From: Callorhinchus milii
Taxonomy: Eukaryota
DNA: 64,000 nucleotides
Direction: 5' to 3'
Assembly: GCF_018977255.1 (NCBI RefSeq)
Contig: NW_024704742.1
Coordinates: 67,024,001 to 67,088,000 of the forward strand
In this document: one piece after another, positions 13,835-26,569 of the stretch
Layout: each line of letters begins with the position of its first letter
Position numbering within the stretch: the stretch's first letter is position 1
Program-made: the position numbers and the translations under genes
Notes under the pieces: model-generated
What the model saw: only the letters and a program-made list of their open reading frames with translations
What the model was told of the DNA's origin: nothing
Databases searched by the model: none

Positions 13835-14534
13835 TTTGTGCAGAGAAAATATTAGCCGATGTATTCACTGCTGTAAAATGTATTGAGGGCAGATTCTTGA
13901 GCAACGAGTGAATGCTTGTATCTACAATGACTATACAATTTTGCACCGTGAACAAAATTCTGTTTGTCCCACCTCCGTTCTTCCTCTGTGGAAGGTTGGG
14001 AGCCTCCTCAATCCGCTATTTATTGACTGGATTATACTGGTGTGTTAAGTGATGATGTCGAGCCTCTGAGACAACAAGCGTGTCTTGCCCTGGCTCTTCT
14101 TGACAGGACGAGCTTGTATGATTGTTGGTAATTGAATAAATAGACCAAAAATATGTGATGGCCAGATACCTGAAGCCAAAAACAACTGGCAATACTGTTA
14201 TCTGCAGTACTTTGCTCAATAAACAAGCCACAATGTGACCAGAGTATAGTGGGTTCAACTGTTGCCATTGACAGCTATGCATCCTGTCAATTAAGTGCAT
14301 GGCTGTCGCAGCAACCATAATCACATGTACATTGTACATGATGGAAGCGGATCCCAGGAAGGGTAGTTGGGGCCAGTTCATTGGACTTATTTAACAAAAC
14401 AGCTTGATGCTGTGATAGGAAGATGATAGGGTGGGTCTTCTGAAAGGATGAGATCAAATTGGCTGAAAGCTTCTTTATCCAAACTGACCTTGTGATCATG
14501 ACGCCTCTCTGGTCTGCCACATATCTTTGCACTA

Positions 14535-14803
14535 TTGGGGGAGTCTGTGACTGGAGGACACAGATATAAAATAGTCACAAGAAGAGGAAAGGAGAGCATT
14601 GTAGAATTATTTATTCACATGCAGAGTTTGTGGAATGTCCTGCTAAATAAGGTGATAGAGGCAGAGTACATTACTAGTTTCAAGAGGGAATGTTTATGAA
14701 AAACAAGATTTGATTGGTCAGGGCAGTGGGATTGAATGGACACCTTGCTCTGAGAGCCAGTGCATACTCGATGGATCGGATGGCCTTGTAGTTTTTATGT
14801 TTA
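14535..14803 (+). mobile_element. CR1 LINE 3' end
   Basis: ggaggacacagatataaaatag (GHRYKI), ttgtggaatgtcctgc...gtgatagaggcagag...ttcaagaggga, and 3' UTR gatggatcggatggcct. Confidence 0.7.
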
Positions 14804-15249
14804 TTTCCATTTCTGCACCATACCGGATGTAAATGGAAAAGTGACTGGAGTAAAGGCAGGCAGCAAGTTGTTCCTGGTGTTATGCATTTCTTTGGGGCCA
14901 CTCCCTGGCCTCTGGATGAGGATGTGTTCACAGTCTAGTGGAGAATGCCAATTGTGAAGTGTGCTTAAGTGTTTCAGTAGGAGCGTTATAAGCTGATTAG
15001 TAGGAAGTGAACTAAGGGATATTTCACATGTAGTATTCCGAGGCATAGTATAAAACAGCACAAGGATATTTGGATGTGCCACAAGTTAAATAACATAGCT
15101 GAATATAAACACTTCAGTTTGTCTTCGTTGCAGTTTTTAATGGACTCTACAAATTCTGCCTGAAGGAGGTAGGATTTCACTTCCATTATCAATATATTTG
15201 GCCAGGGTGGAAGCGAATGTAGGATAGCACCACAATATTTTCACAGTAG

Positions 15250-15685
15250 TGCCTCCTAGAGTTCAAAATCTTCATTCTCACTTTCAAGGCCTTCAACAGC
15301 CTTGCTCCTGCCTTCCTCTGTGACCCAATAACTCCATATAGACCTGTCCGCTCCCTCTGCTCAGCGGGCTCCTGCCTGCTCCATGTCCCTAGCCAAGCCC
15401 GCCCCACCATCGGTGGGCGGGCCTTCAACCTTTCTGCCTCCATTCTCTGGAACTCTATCTCACAGTCCCTCTGCCTCGCCCTTTCCCTTGCCTCATTCAA
15501 GGCCCATGTCAAGATCCTTGTCTTCAACTGCGCCTTTGATCACCTTCCTATCCACATGCTCCCTGCTCTCCACCCCTCCTGATTCCATCCACTAGCTCAG
15601 GTCCAAATCCCTGACTGTCCAGCACTTTGGGATGTCCTCCCGACGTGAAAGGCGCAATACAAATGTATAATGTATATAATATTAT
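15250..15685 (+). mobile_element. L2-clade LINE 3' fragment (ORF2 C-terminus plus tail)
   Basis: Reads FKILILTFKAFNSLAPAFLCDPITPYRPVRSLCS...GGRAF...LWNS...FKAHVK, typical of L2. The tail is gcactttgggatgtcctcccgacgtgaaaggcgc. Confidence 0.85.
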
Positions 15686-16759
15686 TTTAAAAAATCGGTT
15701 GTATGAAGTTGTTATTTCAATTGATATTTTTCCTTTTTTTAACGAAACATTTTGCAGTGCCTTGTGTTAAGAGCCAGTTCCTGCTCTGAAAATTCTTTGC
15801 AGAACTACTGGCCTTGGTTTGCAATCGCAACAAATTTATCATTGCATCGCATCACCGATCTGGAAGCTTGTTTTAATTTGGTTTCTGCTGCTGCATTAAA
15901 AAAATCATGCCTTGCAGATAAGACTTGCAGCGACAGGGTGATCTGCTATGCGGCGTGAATAATAGTGTAGCAGCTTTGCTGGGCAGGCTGATGCACGCTA
16001 TCTGTAAAATGTGTCCCAAAAGGATGGCTGAGTTTCTAATGGAACTGTGTTCTCAAGCACACAGTTTATTGCCTTTATGTTCTACATTCATTAGGCGTGA
16101 TGGATAAAGATGAAGCTGTCCGCTGGTTGTTTTTGTTTCATACATTTCTACCATAGTGCAGTACATAGTGCCTGGAATGTTTTTCCCACACAATATTGTC
16201 AATTCACTGTATAATATATTCTGAGAAGCACTTTGAGACATCTCAAAGTCTTGATACGGCGTTATATCAAATGCAAGAATTATTATTATAATGTTCCTGC
16301 ACATTGCTGTCTAATCTGCAAAAGGGTGTTCAGTGGTGAATGGAAAGATGTCCATTTATTTCTAAGTGAAGATTTCAGGGTTCATTCCGATAAGTGGAGT
16401 ACATCATCATTTGTCAAAAGTGGTTTAATCAAAGCCAAAAATAAACTGAAAACCCATCAGTAGGAATGTGAGATATTATGTTACTTGACTGTTGATCTGC
16501 TTTATAAAAGGCTAGAAATTCAGACAGAACGCTGATGCAAAGCTGCATATCAAAAAGATGTAATGTTGTTATTCAGGGTCTTATTTTTGTGTCTTTGCAG
16601 TCATTGATCCAGGGCTTGAAAAATGAAATGATGCCCAATGAAGTTGAGGCTAATTGCACTTGCATAGTAGATGCTGTGAAAGAGTGTGTTCAAGCCAACT
16701 GCAGTATTGCATATCTTTTAGTGGCAGATGTGTTTTTAGGCACTGATGCAATTCACAAA

Positions 16760-17700
16760 ATTATAGGAACGGTTTGAATGAAGAAGGCCCTTCGGCCCAT
16801 TTGATCTCATCCTTCCAGAACACCCGCACTACCATCTTTCCATTACAGCGTCAAGTTGTTGCTCAGATGAGTTCAGCACCCTTAACTTCCACCACCCTTT
16901 ATATTAACAGTTTTAATTGTTTGCCCTCTGTGTAATAATAATCCTGAGATTTGGTATAGTGCTTCTCAATTCAGAAGGACATTTCAAAGTGTTTCACAGG
17001 ATAAGATGTAAAATGTAGTGACTGTGTATTTTGTGGGCAAAAACAGAAATGTAAAGCAGTGCTTGTTGCTGCCTTTCCTAAAGTTGCCTTCACATCACTG
17101 AGTCTTTGATCTCAGGTGCTGTTGGCTTCATATATTTGATTGTACAGTGGAGCTTATGCATGAGTAGCGTGCAGGAAGTGATGTTGTGTCAACCTGATGA
17201 CCTGGAAGTCACCCATTTTCTGTTGTGCGAGCAGCTGGCAGGTTATTTGATGCTAACCAGTTGGCTTTCTACTGGCATTTGGGATTTTTTTTGCAAAGTA
17301 AATATTAGAGTCAACATTCCCAATCACATCGTAACAAGATTCCACTGTGTTCTGGCTTTGCTTTCTCTATTAAATAAAGCACCTTAATCTTAAGGTTCCT
17401 TCAGACACATTGCTTCAATGCTAAAGACCTTTAGTTTAACTCGTCTTCCCTCTATTACTGGGGATCAATTTTTTTCCTACACAATATCGGTCACTTTTGC
17501 ACTTTGTTGCTTCTGGGCCTTGTGTCATTATGACCAGAACTGTGCACAATACTCTGAGGATGGTTTAACCAGTTACACATAATGACGTGTGGGGATGTGA
17601 ACTTGACTGATTTGGCAACATGGCCAAATCCTGTTTGCTTTTTTATTGCTGTCTCGCACTGTTAGCATATGCTGAGCAACTCCTGGGTTTCTTGGCGTAT
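16760..17700 (-). mobile_element. Highly degenerate CR1 LINE fragments with a SINE tail inserted near 16935-17045
   Basis: 3' UTR gaagaaggcccttcggcccat. The segment gaccagaactgtgcacaatactctg reads EYCAQFW on the minus strand. Confidence 0.55.
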
Positions 17701-18644
17701 TTCATTTGCCCGTGATCAGACCAGGTGCTCTGCTTTGAATGAAACTGAGGTCTCATCTGCTTGTTTTGGTGAATGTTAAAGATCCAATGGCACTTTTTGA
17801 AAAGAGAAAGGAGTTTCTTCTGGTGTCCTGGCTAACAATTCCCCAGATAAAATTGGTCAGTCACATACATACTTCATAGCTGTTGTGGGACATTTCTATG
17901 TGCAAATTGGCTTTCGTGCCAACCTAGAAATACTACACTTTACAATAAATTCTCTGAAGCACTTTGAGAGATTTCAAGCAAGTAATAAGATACAATGTCG
18001 AATGCAAAGATTAAAACATGGTCAGAGGAGACATGTATTTCTGTTCTGTTGAAGTAGAAATTTGGTTTGTTAGAAAGCAGCTAAATTTGGAAACTCAATC
18101 AGTTTCTTGCACTGTACACTTTACAGATTGAAAATGGAAAAAGTTACTAGAAATATGCATCCACATTTTAGTAATACTGCATTATTTATTTTAGCAATAC
18201 TGTCGTCTTCTACTTTAAGTGTCTTTGTGGGAGCATATTCCACAGGCAAAAATGCTTCATTACATGTTTGCTTTTTATGCCTTTAAATGTGTTTACTTTT
18301 TACTTGCTCTGTTTTATGCCACAATAACCGTTCGCCTGATTCCTGACTTTCGTGCTTAGCCAGTTTAAGAATTAAGAGACGTTTTGTAGTGCGGAAACGT
18401 GTTCAGAAATGAGCATTCTTCATGCCTATAAACTCTATTGACCTCATTTTTTTTCAATACCTGAATGTTAGAGAATTGTACAAATTATGGAATATTAATT
18501 TCATATTTTACAAAAAGTGCATTTTTTTTCATATTCCTTTGGCTTCTGTTTCTTAAATGTACAACATCATTCCCCAGCTGGGAGGGTAATCAGACAATCA
18601 CCTGAGGGTGATCATCTGCCTGGAACTAGCTGCTTGATTTATAG

Positions 18645-19040
18645 TAATAATCCTTACATTTGATATTGCAACTTTCAGATTGGGAGGATATCTCAAAGTG
18701 CTGAATTGGAGTTGCTATGTTTTTTGTGGGTGAACCTGGCAGTCAATTTGTGCGCAGCAATTCCCACCAATACCTGTGAAATGAATTACGTATTTTATTT
18801 GGGGGATTGTTGGCCAGGACACTGAGTGAAACTTCCTTCTGTTTTGAATATTGCTGTGGGATCTTTAACGTCGGCCTGACCATCCAGATGGGACCTTGGT
18901 TTAATGTCTCTTCCGAAGGACAGCATCTCCAACAATGCAGTGCTTCCCTAACACTGCATTGGAGTGTCAGCAAAAACTTCATGGGTTTCAAGTCTCAATG
19001 TGGTGCTTGAACCCACAATTCTTTGACTTGGAGGCAAGAG
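18645..19040 (-). mobile_element. Old long-Deu-domain SINE
   Basis: Colinear with 9040-9477 (gttggccaggacac...gggatctttaacgtc...ccttggtttaatgtctc...ggagtgtcagc). Confidence 0.78.
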
Positions 19041-19306
19041 TATAGTCAAATAAACACTATTTCTAATAGCCACAGTTTGTTTTTAATTTCCTCCCCACCC
19101 TATGGAGGGAAACACCTGGTCTATACTTGACATTTACTCTTGTGCTTTGTTTGAAATTCTGAGCATGAGAAAGCGGGGATTGAGAAAAGCTCCACTCCTT
19201 CCATAGATTTTCAAAGCTTGCCCAATTTTGGGTTCAACCCCACTCATGAACAAAATGACTGCATTGATACCCAAAGGTGACTAATCCAAAATGCAATCTT
19301 GACTAT

Positions 19307-19529
19307 TAATAATAATAATCCTTGCATTTGATATAGCGCTTTTCACATCTTCTAGACGTCCCGAAGCGCTTCACAGAATATACTGTAAAGTGAATTGACT
19401 GTATATTTGTGGGCGAACGCGGCAGCCAATTGCGCACAGCAGTGTCCCACAAACAGTCGTAGATTGAAAATGACCAATTTATTATTGTTTTTTGTACTTG
19501 GAGGGATTATTATTAGGCGTGTGGAGTAA
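19307..19529 (-). mobile_element. 5'-truncated young Deu SINE (deleted subfamily, variant tail loop)
   Basis: Near-identical to 47465-47690 except in the tail stem-loop. Confidence 0.88.
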
Positions 19530-19659
19530 TAATAATGATTATTAATAATCAACTTTGGCCTGCTTCTTCCAGACAACATTCCTCCCCTCCCCCCCACCAC
19601 TCCCAGCACAAACCAAAGAGATCTGTGGTGTTATTGCTTATTTCAACATGTAATCATGT

Positions 19660-20050
19660 TGAATTGATTTCAAGATCCTCACCCTTGTATTCAAATCCCT
19701 GCACTCCTCTGCACCCTCCTACCTCTCTGACCGCTCTCCTCAAAACAGTACCGGTTGCCTTCGTTTCTCTGGGTCTGGCCTCCTCCTTGTCCTCCGAGTC
19801 CTCCACTCCACCCTCGGCGGCCGTGCTTTCAGCCACTATGCTCCGAGGCTCTGGAACTCCCTTCCTCACTCCCTTCATCTCGTTCCCTCCCTTCCCATTT
19901 TCAGGTCTCTGCTGAAGATCTTTGTTTTCGACCACGCCTTTGGACACCTTCCTCCTCCCCCTGGCTCGCTCCTTGGATCCGTTACTGTAAAGCGCTCTGA
20001 GACGCTCTCCGGCGCGGAGGGCGCTATATAAATCCAAGTTGTTGTTGTTG
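19660..20050 (+). mobile_element. L2-clade LINE 3' fragment, relatively young
   Basis: Reads IDFKILTLVFKSLHSSAPSYLSD...GGRAFSHYAPRLWNSLPHSL. The tail is aagcgctctgagacgctctccggcgcggagggcgctatataaatccaa(gtt)n, and CpGs are retained. Confidence 0.88.
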
Positions 20051-21147
20051 TAATGAAGCTATTCTTATAACCCCAAACACTGTTCCCAGACAGATGTTTT
20101 TCTAGAACTTTTGTAAGACCATTCACCATATGTTCATCATCTCAAAGAATCCCAATCGATGTATGAGTGATGACCCTTTACTTCTTGTTGACAATGCTTT
20201 ATAAACTATATAGTTAAATTGAGTGGTACGGCACAGAAACAAGCTATTTGTCCAACTTGTCCAGACTGGTCTTTATGCTCCAAGCGAATCTCTATTCCTA
20301 ATATTCCTCACACCAATACCGCTCTATTTCTTTTTCCTTCATGTATACATCAAGTTTTCTCTTAAATAGATCAATCCTATTTGCTTCAACTGCAGCTTCA
20401 AGCAGTGATGTATCTGAAGCATTTTATTTGCTGTATTAACAGACGATTTCTAGATTGAATCTCAATCCTGTTTGATGATTTCAAAGCTTCAGTGTTTGGG
20501 AACAGCCAAACAAACTTGGAGCGAATCAAATACGAACTACAGCCTGAACTACTTTCTCCGACAATTCTTGTGTGTGTCCCAACTGTCCAGAGTGGCCTGT
20601 AGGCAGTCACTGTGTAAACGGTTTTCGCAAGTTTGCAGAACTCTGCTTTGATTTTGGTTTTCAAATGCTGTTTCCAAGTGTCGTGTCAAATGCACATATT
20701 GTACCCAGTGTGTATTGACGTTGGGCACATTGTCACATCATTGCACAATGTTTGATGGAGCATGCAGTTCGGAACTTGAACCAGCTTGCTGGCCCCTGCA
20801 TCTGGACACTGGCCAGGCTAGACAGAGGACCAGCATTCTGAACAGAGAAAAATCAGGGCTTGTTTTATTTTGGCTTTGTCTCCTTGGAAAACAGCCTTGG
20901 AATTGTTCTACAATTTAGGGATTCGATTTCAGAGCCATTCTGTAAACAAAGTAGGGTGCGACATGAGTATCTCACTCCATTACCAAGCTACATAGAAGAG
21001 CTTTACATTTTTAGCTTTGTTGCACAAGTACACAGTTGTTTGTTTTCCATGAGAGTTCATTTGTGTGAACACCAATGCACCACATCTCATAGAGGTCTTA
21101 AGTCAAGCGCTTCAAGGACTACTTTGTGTGAAGGGCACTCTGTACAT

Positions 21148-21230
21148 GTCAGACTCCGCCATTGTCAAGCGCTCTGGGATACTACCCTACGTGAAGGGCC
21201 CTATATAAATGCAAGTTGTTGTAGTTATTG
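21148..21230 (+). mobile_element. Isolated L2 tail (TACCC-loop type); inverted copy at 59612-59690
   Basis: gtcagactccgccattgtcaagcgctctgggatactaccctacgtgaagggccctatataaatgcaagttgttg. The reverse complement of 59612-59690 is nearly the same. Confidence 0.75.
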
Positions 21231-22009
21231 TGCATGCAAGTTGTGGTTGTTGTAAACTTGCTGTTTTGCTGTACTTGTGTATTCAACATCACAAAACCAA
21301 AGGATCCAATTTAATGTCAGTTTTTGCTTAGTGTAACAAAGATGACTTTTAGGAGAAAATAATCTTGCTTGCTTCAATACATTGGCCAGTTCTTGAATTA
21401 AGTTGGAATTAGCTCAGTGAGTTTGCACAGTGAATAATTGACCCATGCAGAACATCAGCCTCATTGTAAAGCGAACACAGCAACCAATTTGCGCAAAGAG
21501 AATGACCAATTTTATCTTGGATTATTGGCCAAGAAGTCGAGGAACCGCTTACTTTAAGTATGTGGCTTGGCTGAATTTTCTGTCCTCTCACAATAAAATA
21601 GCTTTTTACCAACATTCATTCGTGAGAGTCTCACATTTATAATGGTCTCTTGGGGACCTGTTGCTTACGTGCCCCACCCTAGTAAGTATGAGGCCAAGTA
21701 CCTTTTAGAAAAGAAGAGAAAGTTGGCAAGGAGAAAAAANGTTAACGTTTGGTTCTAAAAATATAAAGGGCAATCAAACCCAAGTTTTTAAATTAAAAAA
21801 AAGTTTTAGCTGGAGTGGCCTTTTTTCATGTTGGAGTGAAGAATTTGATGGTGGATCCACTAATCCTGTTACTTTTATTAAAAATGGGTTCAGCAGTGCT
21901 GAACATGATGGTAAGAACTTTGTATTGCTGAAGAGCTTTGGGGAAAAAAAACAGGGGCCCAAATAATTAAACTGCTTTGCATTGCTACAAATTCGATTCA
22001 CACTGAATT

Positions 22010-22428
22010 ACAGTTTGGCCTCGGGTGTAACTCTTGCCTCTGTGTCCAAAGGTGATGGGTTCAAGAATCCTTTTGGAACTTTGAGCTTATTGTCTTGGTG
22101 GACACTCCAGTAGGTGAGCGCAGAGTGCCATGTTTTGTACGAGATATTAAACCCCTATAATAATAGTAAACCTCTATTGGACTGTTCAGGTAGATGATAA
22201 AGATCATCATTGCCCTATTTGAAAAAAGGGCATTTCTTACAGTGGCCTTGCCAGTAATCCCTTATATAAATTTGGTTATTCACTTCATATCTGTTTGTGG
22301 TGTGCAAATTGGCTTTCATGTTCACCCACAAATATACATAGGTGCTACCCTTTACAGAAAATCCTGTTAAGCGTTTAGATGGTTTGTCGATGTGATAAGG
22401 TGCTATTTAAAGGTAAGGATTATTATCA
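22010..22428 (+). mobile_element. Old long-Deu-domain SINE, degenerate
   Basis: ctcttgcctctgtgtccaaaggtgatgggttcaag head, ctgttcaggtagatgataaagatc, and tail gataaggtgctatttaaaggtaaggattatt. Further relics lie at about 380-582, 17715-18012, 27745-27995, 35240-35580 and 41545-42050. Confidence 0.68.
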
Positions 22429-22657
22429 AAATGGAGCATCATTTTGCCCACTGAATTCGGAAGTGGTTTTGAATGTCATACATTTCTTAATCAAAGATTC
22501 ACCTTTTAACACAATATCTTCTTTTGAGTCAAACCTGTTTGTTATTTAACTGTAGAAGATATCAACAAACTAAAGCAGAAAATACTGCTGAAAAGGTACA
22601 GTAGGTAAATGGGTACTTGCCTTGAAACTTCAATGTTAATTATCTATCTATAATTTG

Positions 22658-23031
22658 TGTGTCCTGTAGTGTATTGGTTAGAGCACTTGCCTTGCAAGCA
22701 AGAGGACCCGGGTTCGATTCCCAGGCAAAATGTTAGGCAATTTTCCTTACACCACACATCTCTGTTTACCTAGTAGTAAGAAAGAACCCGGTTATTAGTC
22801 GATTGTCAGATCGCTTTTCCGGGGGTTATAATCCGTACAGAATTGAAAAAAAAAAAAAATTTGGTTACTCAATCCATGACTGTTTGTAGGACACTGCTGT
22901 GTGCAATCGGCTGCTGGATTTTGCCCACAAAATATACAGTAAATTCACTTTACAGTATATTCCGTGAAGCGCTTTGAGATGTCTCAAAGACATGATAAGG
23001 CGCTATATCAAATGCAAGGTTTATTATTATT
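22658..23031 (+). mobile_element. Full-length tRNA-derived Deu SINE (long subfamily with CTGTTTACCTAG segment)
   Basis: Has the tRNA-like head gtcctgtagtgtattggttagagcac...ggttcgattcc, the internal ctgtttacctagtagtaag...gatcgcttttccgggg segment, the Deu core, and the tail gagatgtctcaaagacatgataaggcgctata. Confidence 0.9.
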
Positions 23032-23204
23032 CATTAAACAATTCTCTCCTCACTTATGTAAAGATGACAATGCTAAGGATACCTGGCAGACTGTGAGGAG
23101 TGAAGACGGAGGGGCTGACAGGAGAGTGAAGTGTTGGTAATGGGATTCCATCTGGTGATGAGATTAACTTGTAGGTGGTCCATATGGTGGACGCTGAAGA
23201 TGTA

Positions 23205-23420
23205 CAATAATTTGCATTTCTATAGTGCACTCCACATCGGATAGTGTCTCGGAGTGCTGCATAGTGGTGGTTAGGCACTGAGCAGGGAGGGGGGGGGGGG
23301 GGGGAAGGTGGCCATAGGCACAGCAAAAGCGGTAGGTCTTAAGGTAGGATTTAAAGATAGAGTGGGGTGAGGAGGAAGGATTTAGGCAGGGAGTTCCAGA
23401 GGTTAGAGGCGTAGTATTCT
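23205..23420 (-). mobile_element. L2 3' fragment
   Basis: gcggtaggtcttaaggtaggatttaaag...gggagttccagagg (minus strand LWNSLP...FKSYLKTYRF), and tail. Confidence 0.68.
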
Positions 23421-24344
23421 GCCTGTTGTGAACATGGGCCTATGAGAAGAACAATACATGCGATCAAGGGTCTTCACTATCACAGAGCGTTTGTGATGAA
23501 AGGGGATATGTCAGGAGCTCTGGTGCAGAACATGGACCAAATGCACACTTGAGGCTTTGCTGAAGCCTCAGCACAAATATCAGGAACAGCTTCTTTTCTT
23601 GGCAACTTTCTAGCCAGCAGACTTCGAAACCAGCTTCAACATTGTGGTAAATGCAGCGAGAGCAGCAAGTACACAGCAATTGAGTGCTGAAAAAAGGAGA
23701 AAATGGATTTCTGACAGCACGAGGTGATAGACTCTTTCGGATGCTGGTCTTTTTCAATTTAATTTTTCTAACTTCTGTTTTTCTTGCTGCTGTCACATTT
23801 AGTTAAGACTTATAGATTATTTGAAACGTCATCCTCACGGGAAATGCTCTATGTAAATATAACTTGTATATCTAACTATCCACTTACTGACATTCCACAA
23901 TCGTGGTAATGTTCCATTAATTGCCCAACAGTTAAAATCCAAGTAGCAGGGAGAGAAAAGTTACAATGTTAAATTATTTTTAACTTGTTCCTTATTTCTT
24001 TTTTGTGTAGGGACTCTTGTAACCCGTTATTCATTTCTGACACAGGATTATACTTGAAACGATTTTGTTTTGAATGCTGATTGGCTTGTGGTACATTTGC
24101 AAGTTTCCCTTTTTGTTTCTCTTTATAGTTAAAGCCACAAAGTATCTTTGGAGCTTGGCTTGTGGATGCAAATAGCAATCCAGCGTATTTCACAGAAACG
24201 ATAGGGCAAAAAGCCATGTGAAGTCTAGCTTTATTTATTTGATTTTCACTTATTTCTCGGAACCTTTGGCCCTAACCGTTCCCTGACCAGGAAAGCTTTT
24301 TTCCACCTTCATCACATTACCCACCTCCATCAGTGCCTCACAAC

Positions 24345-24785
24345 AAAAGTAGCCAAAACCCTCAGCCACGCCTTCGTCACTTCCCGGCTGGACTATTCCA
24401 ATGCCCTCCTCACTGGTCTCCCCAGCTCCACCATACACACAATTCAACCAATTCAGAACTCTGCCACCAGATACTCACCCGCACAAACTCTGTACCCCCA
24501 TCACACCAGTTCTTGCCAGGCTCCACCGGCTCCCACTTACTGAACGGATCGATTTCCAGATCCTCTCACTTGTTTTCAAATCCCTTCGTGTCCTCACACC
24601 TCCTTACCTATCAGATTTGCTTACCCCCTCACTCCACTATCCGCTGCCACTGCTCGCTTGGCTCTGGCCTCCTGTTTGTCCCTCGTCCCCTCCGCTCCAC
24701 CATCAGGGGTCAGACTCTGCCACTGTCGAGCTCTCCGGGCCAGTACCCCGGGTGAAGGGTGCTATATATTTGCACGTTGTTGTAT
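24345..24785 (+). mobile_element. L2-clade LINE 3' fragment
   Basis: AFVTSRLDYSNALL in one frame, PITPVLARLHRLPLTERIDFQILSLVFKSL..PPYLSDLL in ORF 24401-24835, and the tail. Confidence 0.87.
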
Positions 24786-25079
24786 CTTACAATGTATACT
24801 TGCTCTCAAATGCATGTTTTCTGTGGCAGTGCTGAGGAACAGGATTAGCTTCATTGGGTCATTCCCTCCAAATAATAATAATAATCCATCCATTTAATGT
24901 AACGCCTTATCACGTCGTTGAAACGTATCAACTGCTTCCGAGAAAGTACTGTAAAGTGAAGTGACTGTATATTTTGTAGGCAAAAATACTTCAAGCAATG
25001 AGTATATTTGGAGTTGCTGACTATTATTCCATCTTTTCTTCCTTCTTTCAACCTTTGCACATCCCACAAATAATATTTT

Positions 25080-26170
25080 AACTGTTAGTTTGTATGGTAG
25101 ATTTCCCATAAATTAATCGCAACAGAACTGATGTTTCTTGAATGTCTCACGCCTAGACATCTTTATTAACAAGAGGAGGAGAGAGAGAACTTCGAGCATG
25201 TCTGTGCACCAGTTCCAGCAGAACCTGATATTTTATGCATCTACGTACACAGTACCAAGTCTGTGCCTGGAGGACATTTCCTTTTTTAAAAAAAATCGAG
25301 CAACCAAATAAAGTGCCAGAAACAGCACTTTGAACTGAGGGTGTGGTTGGCTGTGCAGCTGGGCAGATAGATAATGGACAGTTCAGCTCTTGGCTGGGAT
25401 TCAGTGCACATCATCTGTTTCCTTTTCTTTTGCTCCAGTATAAGCATGAATGTGAATTGCCTTTCGCAAACCATAAATGCAATTAAAAGGATAAAGGAGG
25501 ATATTGCAGGATTTTGTGACAGAATATTTTCCACTGCTGCTTTTTTCTAAAAAAAATTGGGATGGAAAATACAGAGAGGTTGCTGTTTTACGTCAGAGGC
25601 TGAAGTTTTGGGATGAGGTTGGCATAATATATGCAAGACGGAACAATAGATAATGGAGTTTGTATTCGAGGTGTGGCAGGCAAGAGTAAAATAGATTTGA
25701 AACTTTGCCAAGGGCTTCAAAGAGTCCTGATTCTTCAGCTGCACAGTAAACGTGCCTCGAATTGATTCAGGACGATGGTGCTGATGTAATATTTATGGAT
25801 CAAAGCCTTTCGTCTTAATCTATAATGCAGTGATTACGATCGAAACGACTTTGAACTTGCACAAAAAAATTCTTCCAACTTTTATTTATAATGGTGATTG
25901 GGTGACGTTTGGTATTGTAGCAGTTCAGTGGGTCTCTTTCCTCTTTCTCCCTCCCCCCCCCCCCCACCAACCATCTCTCTTTTGCTGAACCAATCTGTTG
26001 CAACATTTTCCTAAGGTACTGGTTACATTTGGATTTCATTAACTCCAATTTGCTCTTAATGAGCATTATTCCGATTTCACTGCCCCAGCCGCTGCAAGGT
26101 AGCCATTACAAATGAGCAGAAATGTCTAAGATAATTTTCACGAACTAAAAGGCATTTAGGTTTTCCTAAA
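25080..26170. promoter_or_regulatory. Putative conserved non-coding element cluster
   Basis: Repeat-free with retained CpGs. Contains TCF/LEF-like (gatcaaag, ctttgaa), Hox/Cdx-like (ccataaa, tttatgg) and TAAT motifs. Confidence 0.33.
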
Positions 26171-26569
26171 CATGTCTCAAAATTAGTGAGTGGTTTGGGC
26201 ACCCAGATGCTATCTGTGAGCATGTGGAGCTGTCAAGGAACTTTCCCAGTGGGTTTCCTTTGGTTCTTTTTTCTGTCAACATCTTGTGAGTCTGAATCTC
26301 GCCCTCTGCCTTCTCCATTTCCCACTGCTCTGCAGGTGAGAGAGATGGAAGGAAACTGTTGGGGCGATGGACTGTCCTAAGTTGCTCCATGCTCTGAAAC
26401 CAGCTTATAATGCTTGGTTTATTGTATATATGGTATACAGTACCATAAAGTGCTTTGAAACATCCCCCGACGTGACTTGGAGGTAAAAATGCTACCATTT
26501 GAGCCAGGCTGACAGTGCTGTCACATAAACACACTGTAAGAGTGGAGGGCCTTATCAGCAAGACAGTTT

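Noticed and set aside
20810..20830. RLDR codons resembling the KRQRLDRICE N-terminal exon
   Set aside because: Flanking codons do not match, and no phase-1 GT donor follows.
21740..21740. Single N base
   Set aside because: Assembly ambiguity after an A run, not biological.
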